From Isurus oxyrinchus (Eukaryota), in NCBI GenBank assembly GCA_026770705.1, contig JANJGN010000034.1:7316001-7380000 (forward strand): a stretch of 64,000 nucleotides of DNA, in the 5' to 3' direction. A program made the translations under genes and the position numbers. Positions 45,001 through 60,000 of this stretch are shown one piece after another (position 1 is the first letter of the stretch; every line of letters starts with the position of its first letter). A model generated the notes under the pieces. The model saw nothing but the letters and a program-made list of their open reading frames with translations. It made no database searches and had not been told where the DNA came from.

Positions 45001-48000
45001 TCATGGCCAGAACAATCACAATGATCTGAATGGCCGTTTTCTGTTGCCAGAACTATTCAGCGGTACTGTGGTTCCATATTTAACAATATACTTGAGAATT
45101 GTGGTCAGTGATGTAACGTTGGAAATGCAGCAGTCAATATTGTTTGCAAAAATGCTTCCAAGGGTGATGCAGAAACTGAGTCCAATAGGCTAATTGAATG
45201 CTGCTAAATTTATGCTCGGTGCAAAATGCAAAGAAAACAAGGGGATAAAATTCCGGCTTAAGTTGTACAGAGCCCTGATTACACAACACCTGGAGGACTG
45301 AGTACTTCAGGGCAACTCAGTTTGGCACAGACATAGAAGCCTTGGCGCAATCACAGCATAGGTTTAGGGACTGTTACCGGAACTACGACCATTTGCTTAT
45401 CACAGAACAATATGAATAGTAGCAGATCTAGAATTTAGAATATTAGGCGGGGATTTGATCTAACTTTTAAACATATTAAGCAGACGCACTGGAGTGGATC
45501 AAGTGAAACTATCTCTGCTGGTTAGGAGTCTTAGGCTAAGGGACATAGATTTATTTTTAAAGATCATGATCTTCATGAGCCACATTAGAATCTTAGAGTT
45601 ACAAAATCCTTACTTCACACGAAGAAGCCACATCTATTTCCTATGGGTTTTGTTGTGGGCAATCAAAATCAATAAAGACCTACACAGACAAAGGGTTGTA
45701 GAAATTTGTCATTCTCTTCCAAAAAGTGTAGACATGCCAAGTCAGATTAACAAAAAACTGAGTTTGCAAGGTGTTTGTTAAGCAAAACGGTACGGGTATG
45801 CCGTTCGCTCAGAAATGAGCCTTTTATTCATTACATAGTGAATTGTGCTCAAAAAGCTAAATGTTATACCCCTGTTCTTTTGTTGTACCCAATCAAGAAA
45901 GGATGATTAGGTCATGAATATCAGGTGATTCCCAATAAATCAAGTAGCGAGGATGAAGAGATATCTGTGTGCAAAAGATTAGAGCCGAATATTTGAGGCC
46001 CATTTGATTCATAGCTCTACGAAAAAAGCAATGACGGTAAAGGGCATAGCATGTTTAGCAGGTAGAGTTAGATGGACTGCAGGAGCTCAGTGAATCTCCT
46101 TCGGGAACACCTTTCAAGCCAATGACTTCTACCACTGAGGACCACAAGAAGAGCATGTGCACAGGAACACCACCACCTGATTGTTCTCCTCCAAACTACA
46201 CACCATACTGAATTGGACTACATCACCATTCATTCACTGTTGCTGGGCCAAACTCCTGCAACTTTGCCCCTTGCAGGGATGTGGGTGTGTCCACACCACA
46301 TGGGCTTCAGCGATCAATAAAGGATCCCACCACCGCCTTCTAAATCGCAATTCGGGGCGGACAAAAAAATAAACAAGTGACCCTGCCAGCGACAGCTATA
46401 CTGCTTGAAAGAATAAAGAACAAATAACCCATTTGTCCGCACCACCCCCCCCCCCCACCCCCGACCCCGATTAACCACTTTGAATGCTTGCACGATCTTC
46501 AATTCTACAGAATGCCAAATCCAAATGCTGCCAGCTTATCCTGTTCAACACCCTCCACCTCCAAAACACACCCACACACACCTAAGCTGATGGATCAATA
46601 CTCCTCCCTGTTAAGCGCCATTTGAAAAAAATGAAGCTGGTAAGGGCACTGGATGTAAGAAGAGTGGGACTTCAATGAATATTACAAAGACTGACTTGCT
46701 AGTGCCACTACTGAACGAGGTGGTCGAGACCCAAGGGCACAGCTGCTATGCTGGACTTGCTCGACCGGGGTGGTGGTGAGGTAATCAATCGAGAAGGGAA
46801 GAACAATCTACCCGACATCTTCCTCACAAACCTGCATGTCACAGATGGACCGTCCCTGACAGTATTGGTAGGGCTGACAGCCGCACACTTGTTGTGTTGG
46901 CCATGTCCTGCATTCACTGGGAGGATACCTTCCATCGTGCTGTCATCCTGCTAAATGGGATCACTTTCGAATATGTCTGGCAACCCGGAGCAGTCAGGAG
47001 GCGCTGTGGGCCATCAGAAGCTGGAGAATTGTATCCAAGAACAACTGGACTGATAAGTGGCGAGTGAGTATCTTGCTACACAATTGCCAGACAATGCCAC
47101 TTTCAAAATGAGATTAATTCAAACATTTCCCCTTGACTTTCAACGGAATTACTGTCGCCAAATTCCACACCATCCACATCCCATTATCCTTGGCAGAATC
47201 TCAGCTCCGCCAACCACGTAAATACTTTCCCTAGAAGATCAACGCTGAGAATGGGAATTCAAAAGTGAGTACCTCATCTCCTGACTCCCCAAAATTTTTT
47301 ACCGTCTACAAGGCACACGAATGTGATATTCTCCACTTGTCTCGATGAGGGTATCTCCAAAAGTACTAACAAAGCTTGAAAACATGCAGGGCAACACAAC
47401 TCGATTGACCACCACCCAATCCACCACCTTAAGGAATCCTTAAATAGCTGCTGGCTAAACAAGTGGCGTAATGTTGAAGCAGCATGTACCAGTTAGAAGA
47501 TGCACTGCAGCACCTAATCAAGTTCCCTTTGACTGCATGTTCCAAACCCGGAACCTCTATCACCTGGAAAAAAGAGGGAAAGAGACGCATGAGATGCACG
47601 CACTTTTAACTCTGCCAACAAAGAATGCACCATGCTTACTTAGAACTACTTCTGGGCGTTACTTCACTGCATCAAAAAGAAAAAGTACTGCAACTCCCTT
47701 TCTATCAACACTCTAGCTATATCAACACAATATGGGCTGCTGCAACTTGTTAAAAGAGGGAGGCATCACCTCGCCAGTTTCAAGGGCGATTAATGTCTGG
47801 CAAGCAAAGCTGGCTTTGGCAGAGACGCTCATTTATTTCCTTTGAAGTAACCGTACCCTAGTGATTAACTTCCTTTATCTTACTGTAGGTTATCAAGCAA
47901 CACCCCCATCAAGTCAATGAGTTTCTTCCTGAAGCCCACATCCCTTTCCCTCTATCCTGTTCAGATTAAAATGCTAATCTCCATCTTCCCCTCATGGGCC

Positions 48001-51000
48001 TCATTTTACCCGATATTTAAAATGGTTATATCTTGCCAGCTGTTATGCCCTCTCCCTCAAATCTACGAACATCACTCATCTCCTCAAATGTTCAAACCTT
48101 GACCACCTCAGCCCATGTAAAACATCATCCCATCTCCAAAATCCATTTGCTCCCCAATATCCTTGGGGTACTGTCCACTCCCAATTAGTTGCCACCTTTC
48201 CCAGCATTTCATGACTGAATCCATCAAAGCTGATTTCCAGCAACTCCCACAGTCCCAAAATAATTCTTTCTCAAACTCACGGGTAAATTTAATCTATTCA
48301 AGGGCCGTTGGCTCAATGACATCTAATAAGTTACAAGTAATCTCTGGGTGCAGTGAAAGCAGTACTATCTACTCAGTAGCCAGGACTGGACCTTTATACC
48401 AGTCCTTATTGATACGAATTTCGCTGCAAAATAGGGAACGTTGTAGCACTAAATGATTTTTTCCCCGCATTGGAGTAGGTTTTACAGTAGGAATTTTCAA
48501 TTATACATGTTTCATGGCTGGGGCAGCTCCGTTGTTTAATAATTTATGTCATTTCAACATTACGAACTAAGCACTTGGATTATGCCATCTGCAGCAACTG
48601 ATGGCGATTGCGAAATTTACCAAATGAACATGGGTATTAAAAAAACATGTTGCCTAAATGTGTCGGCCAAGATCTATATGCCAACCTCACATGCAGCTTC
48701 GTTGAATATAGTTGGAGCAAGTAACAGGCAGACCAACAGCAACCTACTTTGTGGTGCCAAAGAAGGCAAATTTATACCCCATGTAACCATGTCGTTCTTT
48801 TTGTTCACACAGAAGAAAAGCTACAGCTGAAAGTGAATGGTGAGTTCTTCAAAAATATTTTGTTTCTTCTTCAAGTATGCAAGCTAATTTAAGAAATCCG
48901 TTCTGTCTTTGTGGTTGAAGACACAAATTGCACACCAGAAACATAGGATAACTTGCGTATTATGACAAAAGAGAAAGTTAAGGATATCAATATAATCAGA
49001 GGGGAAAAAAGTATTGGAGAAGATTAACATCCGGCAAATCCCACGGAATTTAGAGCCTACATTCGAGGGATGTAAAACAGATAGTTCCACAGATACTAGA
49101 TATTCTCTTACAATGTTCCAAAATTCCTAGATTCCGCAAAGATCCCAGCAGTCTGCAAGCTATCAAATGTATTATTGCTAGTCAAACAGGAGGCTGTAAG
49201 AAAACGGGAGCTGCAGGCCAGTTAAAGTGAAAGGTTTTGGGAAAGCTTTGGAATGTATTAACATGGAAACCTTAAAAATGCAATTATAAAATCATAGTGT
49301 GATCAAAGTCAATATGATTTTAAAATAGGGGAATCGTTTTGACCAGAGGTTTATTTCTAAGGATGTAAGTAGCGAAGTACATGAAGGGGAATCAGTCTGT
49401 ATGTTATATCTGGATTTTCAAATTGCGTTCGATAACATGCCAGGCAAAAGGCTCACAGACTGGCTAAACTTCCATGGAATTAGGGGCAATATATTAGCAT
49501 GGTAATGGGACCCGATAATGGGCAGCATGCAATGGATAGGCATAAATGGGACATTCTTAAATTAGAATGCCATAACAAGTGGAGTGCCGCAAGGATCAGT
49601 GAAGGTGCTCATCAATTTATAATCTCTGTGGATGACTCCGGCAAAGACACCGAGACTAGCTTACCTATATTTGTTGGCGATACAAATCTATGTGGAAATG
49701 TAAGCAGCGAGGCAGATGCAGAGAGGTTGCAGAGAAATAAAGGCAGGATAAGTGAGTAGACAAAAGATAGCAGGTGTGGAATAATGCAGGAAGAGTAAGA
49801 CTATACAGATTGGTCCTAACGATAGAAAAGCTGGACATTGTTAGAAGCCACGAATCTTGTAATTACTAATATTCAGAACAACATAGCTGTGCTCGGACAA
49901 AAGAGTCCAAAATTTTGCATTCCAGTACAACAAGCAATCAGTAAGGCAAAGGGCATGGTGGACTTTATAGAACCGCGTTTAGTGTACAAGAATAAGGAAG
50001 CCTTGTATTAAAATTCTACAGGGGGTTTGCGAAGGCCATACCTGGAGAATCCCATGATGTTTTGGCCTCATTATTTAAGGATGAATATAGTTTTATTGGA
50101 GGCGCTGCAGCAAAGATTCACTCCATTGGTCGCTGGGATGAAGGGATGATTCTGTAAGAACATAAGAAAAAGTATTTTGTGCTGTGTCGTTTTCTGCTCC
50201 ACCATTCAATACGATCAAAGCTGATCTTGGGCTTCAACTGCATTTTCCTGCCTGCTCCCCATTTCCCACACGCCTCTGTATATGGCGGGAGTCAAAGTAA
50301 TTTGGGCCTATAGTCCATGGCATTCATAAGAATGAGAGGTGTTCCAATTGAAACATACAACATTCTTAAGGAGTTTGGCGGGTTAGGTACTGTGGCATTG
50401 TTTCTGCTGGCTGGAGGACCGAGAACTTGAGAGGGTGGCAGTGTTCACAGACTTGGAACAATTGGTTGGCCCTTTAGGAATGATATGAGGAGACACTTTA
50501 TTAACTCAAATGTTGCGAATCCTTCGAATTCTCTATCACAATTTTTTTATACACCCTCCAACGTAGACTATGCCGAAGACTGGGATAGACAAACATTTAG
50601 TCTCTCAAAAAATCAAAGGATATGTAGACTGGACACGAAAAATACATTTTGATATCCAACAATCAGCTATAATGCAATTGAATGATGGGACAGACCCTGC
50701 GACACATAATGGCCTATTCTTGCTGCAATGCCTTGTGTTATTGTGTTCTTGTTAGGCTAGGGATGTGCTGACATGCATGCATTTCAGATGCCTTTTACTA
50801 ACCATTGGATTCATATCAAGAAATCTTCACTTTACCGCCCCGTTTTCACCTTCTTCCTTTACCATTGCACAATTCTCCACCCAGTTGCACATCGCAAGTG
50901 ACAAAAATCAATGCCAGTATTCTCCAAAGTTTCGAAGAATGAGAGGTAATGTGGTGGAAACTTACAAAATTCTCACAGGGCTGGGCAGGGCAGATGCAGC

Positions 51001-54000
51001 TGAAACGTTTCTCCTAGCTTATGACTTGACAATCCAGAGGACACAGTCTCAGTATAAGGGGCAGGCCATTTAATACTCAAGTGAGGACGAACCTCTTCAG
51101 CAAAAGTGCGGAGAATCTTCGGAATTCGCCACTCCAGCGGGCTGTGGAACCTCAATCATTGAGCATGTCCAAAACAGAAATCGATGGATTGCTGAATATC
51201 AAAGAAGCAGTGGGATGCGGAGCAGTTGGAGTAAATGGTGTAAACATAGATGATCATCCATAATCTGCTTGAATGCCGGAACAGACCCGATGGGCCATAT
51301 GGCCTACTCCTGTTCCTATATCCCTGGGCACATCTGGCACTGTGGCCGAGTAATCTAAGGTGGTCGTTTATTTTCCAGTCTGATGGATGTGTAGTTCAAA
51401 TCCCTCTGTTTTTTTTAAAATACCAATGACATCATGGGATGCAGGGCAAGATGGCATTGAGGTAGGAGATTGGCCATGATCTAGCTGAATAGTGAGGAAG
51501 ACCAAGGAACAGAATGGTCTAATCCAGCCTCCACGTCCCGATATGCCATTGCTCCTTGCGTCCAGACATTGAGACACGCCAGGTACCAGAAGCTTCTGTG
51601 GTGCTCAAGCATGGCAGGAGCTGATTGGTTAACACATTACACGATTCTGATACAGAAGAAGAAAGGGATGAATTCCCACCTTTACACTTTCAGCACCTGT
51701 GGAAACGAAATGCAAGCTTGGGATCTCAATAAATCTCTTATGCATGTGCCTATATGTTGGTCTCGCTGTGCTATCTGCGGAGTATGAGATAGGTGGCTGA
51801 CGATCCTCTCTGATGGCTTTGGGTGAATTTGGTGGTGGTCATCTGGCTGGCAGAGGCCCAGAGTGCATCAGCATGCTTTGGAGAGTTTGGAATAGTGCAG
51901 TGCCTGCGCCTGTGGCAGTACTGTATCAGTCAGACCCACAGAAAAGATGGAAGATGTAGAAGTCAGGCAATCCTCCGCCCTCGCAAGGCATTCTGGTATT
52001 GCAAGGCTGACCTGAGAATTAACTGAAGATGGTTGGCAGCCCTTCAAAATGGTACCAGACATTGTCACAGCTTGTCCTCATACTTCTCGCTTGCTCTGCA
52101 CACCTCGAATCACATAGTGGTCGGCAGCAGTGTCTGCCAAATTACCATTGGCCAGTGACCGGAAAAACCCCAACGGGTTGAGTTGGACAAATCACTCGGT
52201 GCTGCAGGTTCAGGTCATGACTGCGGGACTTGGGCCCTAGCTGCAGAATACAGCCTACTCTCTTTGGTTCCATTCGCAATCACTACTCGCTAACCACTGC
52301 TAATATTGCTGGCCAATGAAAGTGTATGAAGCTGAACCAGATGTTTTGCAGCACTGTTGTTGTGTCTGACGGCAAATGCATTATCACGTCCATTCCATAA
52401 CTTTGTCCCTGTCTCCGCATTTCTGCTTCAAAATTCTTATCTGCGTGACCTCTGAGCATGAATATTGTAATGTTCTTTTTTTTTAGCCGAGATCCCACCT
52501 GAAAAATCTGCTCCCTGCAAATGAGATGTCATCAAGTCTCTTATTTGATCTTTCATTCCTTCCTGGGAAGTGGGCATCGATCGCTAGATCAGTATTTCTT
52601 GCCCATCCGAATTACCCTTGAGAAGATGGTGGCGAGCCAATTTTTGACCGGCTGCAGGTTAGATCTAGTAGGCATGCCTATCGTATGTTTAGGAAGGGAG
52701 TTCAAAGACTTTGGTCCAGCAGTGATATCGACAACACCTTCAAAACGCGCAAATTCTACCACCGAGAAGGACAAGGGCAGCAGGTGCATGAGAAAGCCAC
52801 CACAAGATGCCCTCCAAGCCACATACCACCCTGACTTGGACCTATATGGTCGTTCCTTCACTATCACTGGGTCAATATCCTGGAACACCTTCTCAAACAG
52901 CACCCTGGGTGTAGTTACACGCATGGACTGCAGTGGTTCAAGGCAGCGGCTCATCAGCACATACTCAAGGGCAATAAGCGACGGGCAATAAAATTGATTG
53001 CCTAGCTAGTGATGCCCATGTCCCATGAATGATGAAATAAATATATATACAGTTCCAAGTCAGGATGATGTGTGGTTTGGAGTAGAGCTTGCATCTGTTG
53101 GTGTTCCCAAACATATGCTGCCTTTGTATTCCTTGGTAAATGTCACTGATTTGGAAGGGACTGTGGAAGCAGTTTTGGCGAGTTGCTGCAATGTATCTTG
53201 CAGATGGTACACACCACTGCCACAATGCGTCGGTGGTGGAGGTGATGATGTTCAAGCAAGCTTCTTTGTCATGGATGGTGTGAAGCTTCTTGAGTGTTGT
53301 GGGAGCTGCACTCATCTAGGCAAATGGAGTGTATTCCATCACACTCTTGAATTGTTGATTGTAGATGCTTTACAGGCTTTGAAGAATCAGGAGTTGAGTT
53401 ATTGGCTGCAGAATTCGCCCAACATCTTATTAATGATGCAAAGCAGGTTCAAATTTGGAGAAAAAAAGCCCCATTGTTAAATTGTCCGCGTTAGTTCTCA
53501 AATACCCCTAAGGCTTCAACTCTCCATACTTCTGAATTTCCTCGAACTCGACAAACCCCTGGGATCTCTGGGTTCTTCAAATTGTGGAAAATTCCATATC
53601 TTCAATGCCATTAGCTACAAAATTCGCCACAATTGCTTTCAGCCATCCCAGCCCAAAACATTGGAGTTTCCTCCCGAAGCATCTCCAACTCTCCCTCTCC
53701 CCATTCTCCTTAAACCATTTTCCATTGAACAATTGTATAGGCATCTGTGCTGATGTTTCCATTTAAGGCTTGGGGCCATTTTTATTCTGCTCTAGTTAAA
53801 TGTCAAGGGCCAATTTAGTAGTTTACAGGTGTTCCCTGATGCATGGTGCATGCATAATTTCCATGCTTATCTATACAATATCCTCCATACATTGCGGCCC
53901 GTGGATTTAGGGTGCAAGCAGCTGCTGGACGGTTAACATCATTAGGAATAAACTAATGAATAAATGTACTCAAGCGCTATTACAGGTTTCACTGACACCT

Positions 54001-57000
54001 CATTCTCCAAATATGAATTCCATGGCATGTTAAAACAAAGCTCCACGTTGGTGATAGGCCCAGAGAACCCCGGGGGATAGTTCAACGGCAGAGGAGGCAT
54101 GGAGAAAATTTGGAGAGTATATCTCTTGACTATACAAGTTCTCGGGGCAAACGGCTATGTTACAGTGCAAGGACTGGCAAAAAGGCCAATGCAATGCATT
54201 GCTCATCTGGTACATTGTGATTCTATCCCCACTGAAGGTTTTATTTGTGGCTCAGTGGACAGCTCACCAGACAGTGAAATTGAAAGACATGGCTAAGATC
54301 TCACTCGTGAAATGTGTTTGCTTATTCTGGGCTGACACTTGCAAAGACAACACTGAGGGAATGCTATTCTGTCAGAGGTGCTGTAATTCAGATGTTACGC
54401 TGAATTAGAACATGCGAAAAGGTTTAGTTCATTAATCTTCCGAACATTTTCAGCTTTTTAATGAGATCATATGGGAATGCTGACCCAAAATCATTGTTAC
54501 TTATTTATTAATATCTTTGGTTAACAAATCTCAATCAATCTCGGCATTGAATTAAACATTGCTTTGGAACAACCACAATATTTTGGGAGAAATTGTCCCA
54601 AAGGTCTCTGTCTATCGGACGTTAAAACCCCCTCTGATTCTTTCTGTGCTTCCCAGTATGTTGAAGAACCGACTAGGAAACGGAATAATTTAGCCCCAAT
54701 ATTATGTAACGAGAAATGGATAATTAATAACCTTGTTGCAAAGGGACCTTTAGGGATGACAAACCAGAATGTGATAGAATATCGCACTATGTTTCAAAGT
54801 GAGGTCATTCGATCTGAAGCCAGTTCTTAAATTTGAACAACGGAAGTTATGAAAATATGAGGGGGAAATTGACTGAAGTAGATTTGGGAAATAGCATAGA
54901 GGTTTTGACGCTATATGGCCAAAGGTTAGTCTTTAAAGGGTTATCATAAAATTTACTGCAATTATGCGCTCCTTCAAGGCACTAAAAGTCCAAAAAGTGA
55001 AGTCAGTTAACTTGGCTAAAAAATGAAGTTAAGTGTTACATAAGAATCACAGAATCACAGCCCAGAAGAGGCCCTTCGGTCCTTCGAGTCTGCACCTACA
55101 CGTGAGAAACACCTGACCTACCTAATCCCATTTACGAACACTTAGCCCATAGCCTTCAATGTCATGACATGCCAAGTGCTCATCCGGGTACTTTTTTAAA
55201 TGATGTGAGGCAACCCGCCTCCACCACCCTCCCTGGCAGCACATTCCAGACCGTCACCACCCTCTAGGTAAAAAAGATTTTTCCTCAACTCCCCCCTAAA
55301 CCTCCTGCCCCTCACCTTGAATTTATACCTCCTTGTGAATGGTTGTTCAACTAAGGGGAACAGCGGCTCCCTATGCACCCTGTCCATGCTCCTCATAATC
55401 TTGTACACCTCAGTCGCCCCTCAGTCTTCTCTCCTCCAACGAAAACAACCCAAGTCTATCCAACCTCTCTTCATAACTTACATTTTTCATCCCAGGCAAC
55501 ATCCTGGTGAATCTCCGCTCCACCACCTCCAGTGCAATCACATTCTTCCTATAATCTGGTGATTAGAACTGCACAGAGTACTCCAGCAGTGGTCTCACTA
55601 AAGTTCTATACAAGTCCAACATGACCTCCCTACTTTTGTAATCTATGGCTCAGTTGATAAAGGCAAGTATCCAATGTGCCTTTTTCATCACACCACTAAC
55701 ATGGCCCTCTGCCTTCAGAGATCTTTGGACACACACGCCAAGGTCCCTTTGTTCCTTGGAACTCCCTATTGTGATGCCGCTCATTGAATACTTCCTTATC
55801 AAATTAATCCTTCCAAAGTGTATCACATTACACCTTTCAGTGTTAATTTAGAAGAAAATGACTATAAATATGTAGGAAATAATAGTAAACCTGATCGTTT
55901 GAAACCATTTATAAATACAGCAGGGGAACACGAAGAAACTGATAGAAAAAGGGGGGAACAGAATATGAGTGAGCAAAATACATTAAAACAGGACAGATAA
56001 AGCTTCTAGAGGTATGTAAAAAGGAAAAGTTTGGCCACGGCAAAGGCAGGTCCATTACAAACAGATTGAGAATAATTTATAATGGGAAACACATAAATGG
56101 CAAATTAGCTAAATGAGTGTTTTGTGTGTGCCTTCACTATGGAAGATAAACTAAATCTCGCAGAGTTAAGATCCAATGAATAGGGAGAATGAGGAATGGA
56201 TGTAAATTAGTATTAGTAAGAATTTTGTAGGACAAATTAATGGGACTGAAGATTGATAAGGCCCCGGGACCCGATATTTTACATCCCACAGTGTTGAAAA
56301 GCGCAGCTAAGAAGATAATGTTTGCCTTGATGATCACCTTCCAAAATATTACAGATTCTGGAGCGGTTCCTGCAGATTGGAAGACAATAAATATCACCTC
56401 ACTATTTAAGAAGAGAGGGGGAGTGAAAACGGGCAACTGTAGACCTGAGAGCCTTACATCAATAGTAGGGAAAATGCAGGAATCTGGCATAAATGATGTG
56501 ATAAATTGGCTCTTACGTAATGATGATCTGTTTGGGCTTAGTCAACATAGATTTATGAATGGGAAACCCAAAAATGTTGTATTTCATTTGAGGATTTTAC
56601 AAACATAATTCATAAAGTGGAGCCATTAGATGAAGTCGACTTTGATTTTCAGAAGGCATTTCGTAAAGTCCATCACATGATCTTGGTTAGTGAAAAGATA
56701 GCACATGGGCTAAGAGGTAAACACACTGACACGGGTAAAGAATTGCTTTTTCAGGAATAAAACAGAGAGTGGGAATAGACGAGTTATTCTCACACTGGCA
56801 GGCTATGCTTAGTGGGGTACCATCGTACTTGAGCCCCAGCTGTTCAAAATACATAGCAATGATTTGGATGTGGGCACCAAATGTAGCATTTCCAAGTTCA
56901 CAAATGACACAAAGTTGGTGGGAATGTATGTTGTGAGGAAGATGCAAAGTGGCTTCAAGCGAATTTGGACAGAATTGATGAGTGGGCCAGAACTTCTCAG

Positions 57001-60000
57001 GTGGAGTATAATGTGCAAACAAGTGTGGAGCGCTCCAGTTTGGTAGTTGGAACAGATGTACAGACTATTGCTTAAATGGTGAGAGATTAGAAAGTGTAGC
57101 TTTGCAAAGATGCATGGGTGTCCTATTCAATAAGTTACTGAAAGCTAACATGCAGATGCAGCAAGCAGATAGAAATGCTGATTGTATAATAGCCGGCATC
57201 GCAGGGGGATTTGAGAACAGGAGTTGCGAAGTCTTGCATCAATTGTATGGAACTTTGGTTACACAGTGCCTTCCCTCCTGCACACAGTTTCGGGGTGTTA
57301 CTTTGGGAAGGATGTCATTGTCACGGAGGGAGTGCAACAAGAGTTCAGCAGACTTGTTCTCCTAATGGCGGGGCTGTCCTATGAAGATAGTTTGCCAAAC
57401 TGAGCCTGTATTCCCCAGTGATTCGGAGGATGAGAGGTGATCTCATTGAAACCTACTAAATACTTAAATGAGTAGACAGGGTAGACACAGGTAAGGTAAT
57501 TCCATTTGTTGAGGAGGTAAAAACCAGGGGACACAATTACAATATAAAGAGGGGGCGGTGGGGCGGGGCACTTAGGACCGAGAAGAGGATGTCTTTTTTC
57601 ACTCATAAGTTTGTCAACCTTGGAATTCTCTACCCCAGAGGACAGTGGAAGCTCAGTTGCTGAGTATGTTTGAGGCAGAGATTGAGAGATTCTTAAATAC
57701 CATGGCAAAGATATCTATGGGGGCAGTTTCGGAAAAAGGCATTGAATGGAAGGATCAGACATAATCATATTGAACAGCGGAGCAGGCTCGATGGGATGGG
57801 CTGAGTGGTCTGCTCCTGCGCCTGTGTTGCTCCATCAGTTTCTCTTACGATATTACAGTCTCACTACATCACCACTCCCTCCATGTTTCTTCGCTGGAGG
57901 AATTACAGGTTGAAGCTATTTTCGCCTTTGAATTGGAAATGAAAAGTTGAAATTTCAACTCATTTACCAACAGGGCAACCGAATTCTTGTTCCAAGGGCT
58001 TTCTGAATAGATCATAGCAAGGGTTTGTGGGTGTTCAAGACTTCCTGAATGGCCACATACCTTGTCCACCTTCGACATCACCACGTCATGCTCAGTGATA
58101 GCTATGGTTCGATGGGTGGAGCTCCTGCCATTTGCACTGGTTGATGCAGAATGCGAGGATGAATTGAGATTTTTGGCTACAGAAGTCCTGTCTGACACCG
58201 CATTGCTGTACAGAGGACCATGGATGGGGGGAGCAGGGGGACTGGGTGGCTGAGCTGATAGGGCCGCATAAGAAACATTACCGGGGTTCCAGTCTGGTCA
58301 CTCCGGCGGGCACAGATGGTCCAATAGTTTTGTTTTTGAAAAACCAGGGAACTCCCTGACTCGGACACACTTACTCCACAAGTAGGATCACTAAAAACAC
58401 AAATAACCACAGTGCAGTTTGTGAATTCTTCTCATGTGCGAATTAACTGCAGCCTTCCCTACGTTATAACATGAGTTGACCGTAAAGCAGTTCATCATAT
58501 GCGGTGCACTTTATAAAATCCTTCTACCCTCAAAGCCACTATAATTCAATCGTTTAAAGGTACAAGCGAGAGAAAAGATAAACATAGCGGCATTCTTAAC
58601 TTGTTGATACCAAGCAGATTGGATTCACTTTTTAATTCCAGATGGGGGTATTTTGCAACAAAAGATCAAAGACTTGGGTAAGCGGAATATTTACTAGTTC
58701 GAGTTAAGAACAGATAATGTGAATTACAAACTTTACCGATGTAACACGCTGGACAACTCTAATATCACTGTGTGCAATTTCGTCTGTTGAGAAGTTTCAC
58801 ATTCAGCTCTTAACCAGACCCGCTGATATAATCTGCATTGTTCACCACAAATAAAAACACGTCACAAACAAGTGTAGGCGAACTTGTCCGAGAAGGTAGG
58901 CCAATTGACTGAAAGTGCATGAGTTACTGGAACGGCACACACCCAGCAAAGTGGATAATATTCAGCAAGGTTATGGGGTTCATCAAGGATCCTTCCAAAC
59001 CCGCGAGCACTACCATCTAGAAAGACAACGGCAACAGATAAATGGGAACACCACCGCCTGGGAGTTCCCCTGCAAGTCACTCACCATCATGACTTGGAAA
59101 TATGTCGCCGTTACTTCACTGTGGCTGGGCCAAAACCCTTGAACTCCCTCCCTAACAGCACTGTGGGTGCACCTACGCCACATAGACTGCAGCGGATCAG
59201 AAAGGCAGCTCACCACCACCTTCTCAAGAACAGCTAGGGATGGGCAATAAATGCTGGTCCAGACAGCTAAGCCCACATGCCGTGAATGATTTTTTTTTAA
59301 ATCAATCTAACGTCTGCTTTCGAAGTAGTGAATTAATAGGCAGATGAATTCTCTGCAATTTACCCGAATGCAATTTCCCTTTGGAAGCCATGCCATTTAT
59401 GTGGCCGATCTAGGCAAGGTTACTGTGAATTACATAATCTAAGATGTTAGTGGCAGATGTTGCTGTTCAGAGAAGGTTAGGGGAAAAAAGTGACCACCAA
59501 GCGGAAATGTTTTGGCTCCCGAAAACGTGAAGTACCGAAACCTGCTGGCCTCCGGTTTCAAAATCACCCATACTTTTTGCTTGTGCTTCTTCAACCAGCT
59601 TCACCTAACTCAGCCTTTACATGATGTCCGAGTGAAACCAGTAATTAGATATTCTCTGCCCTCTCAACAGAAAATAAATTAAAAGAGAAAGTGAAAGGTA
59701 AATGGAAGCAATCAATTGCGTTTCGGGAATATTGACTCGTGCTGCCTGTAGCCTGTTTCACGTGAACATCCTCCAGAGATTAAATAACCCCGTGACTGTT
59801 GCTTTTAGAACTGGAATCTAAAGTCCCGTTTGAAGGTGAACAAAAAGGAATTATAAAATAATACGATGTGGAAAGGGGCCGTTATCCCAATTCCACCGGA
59901 AAATTAACAGGGCGCTCGGTATTTTGACCCTACCAGACAATGCAAGTTGACGCCGAATGCATGACCTGCGACAGCGCCAGGTAGTCGAAACTAAAAGGAA

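Noticed and set aside
45898-45924. AG-27 nt-GT segment
   Set aside because: It contains TGA in the phase-1 frame used by all other exons.
57869-58410. Moderately GC-rich segment with overlapping short ORFs (similar segment at 51570-52290)
   Set aside because: No recognisable protein motif or splice structure; probably an old unclassified repeat.
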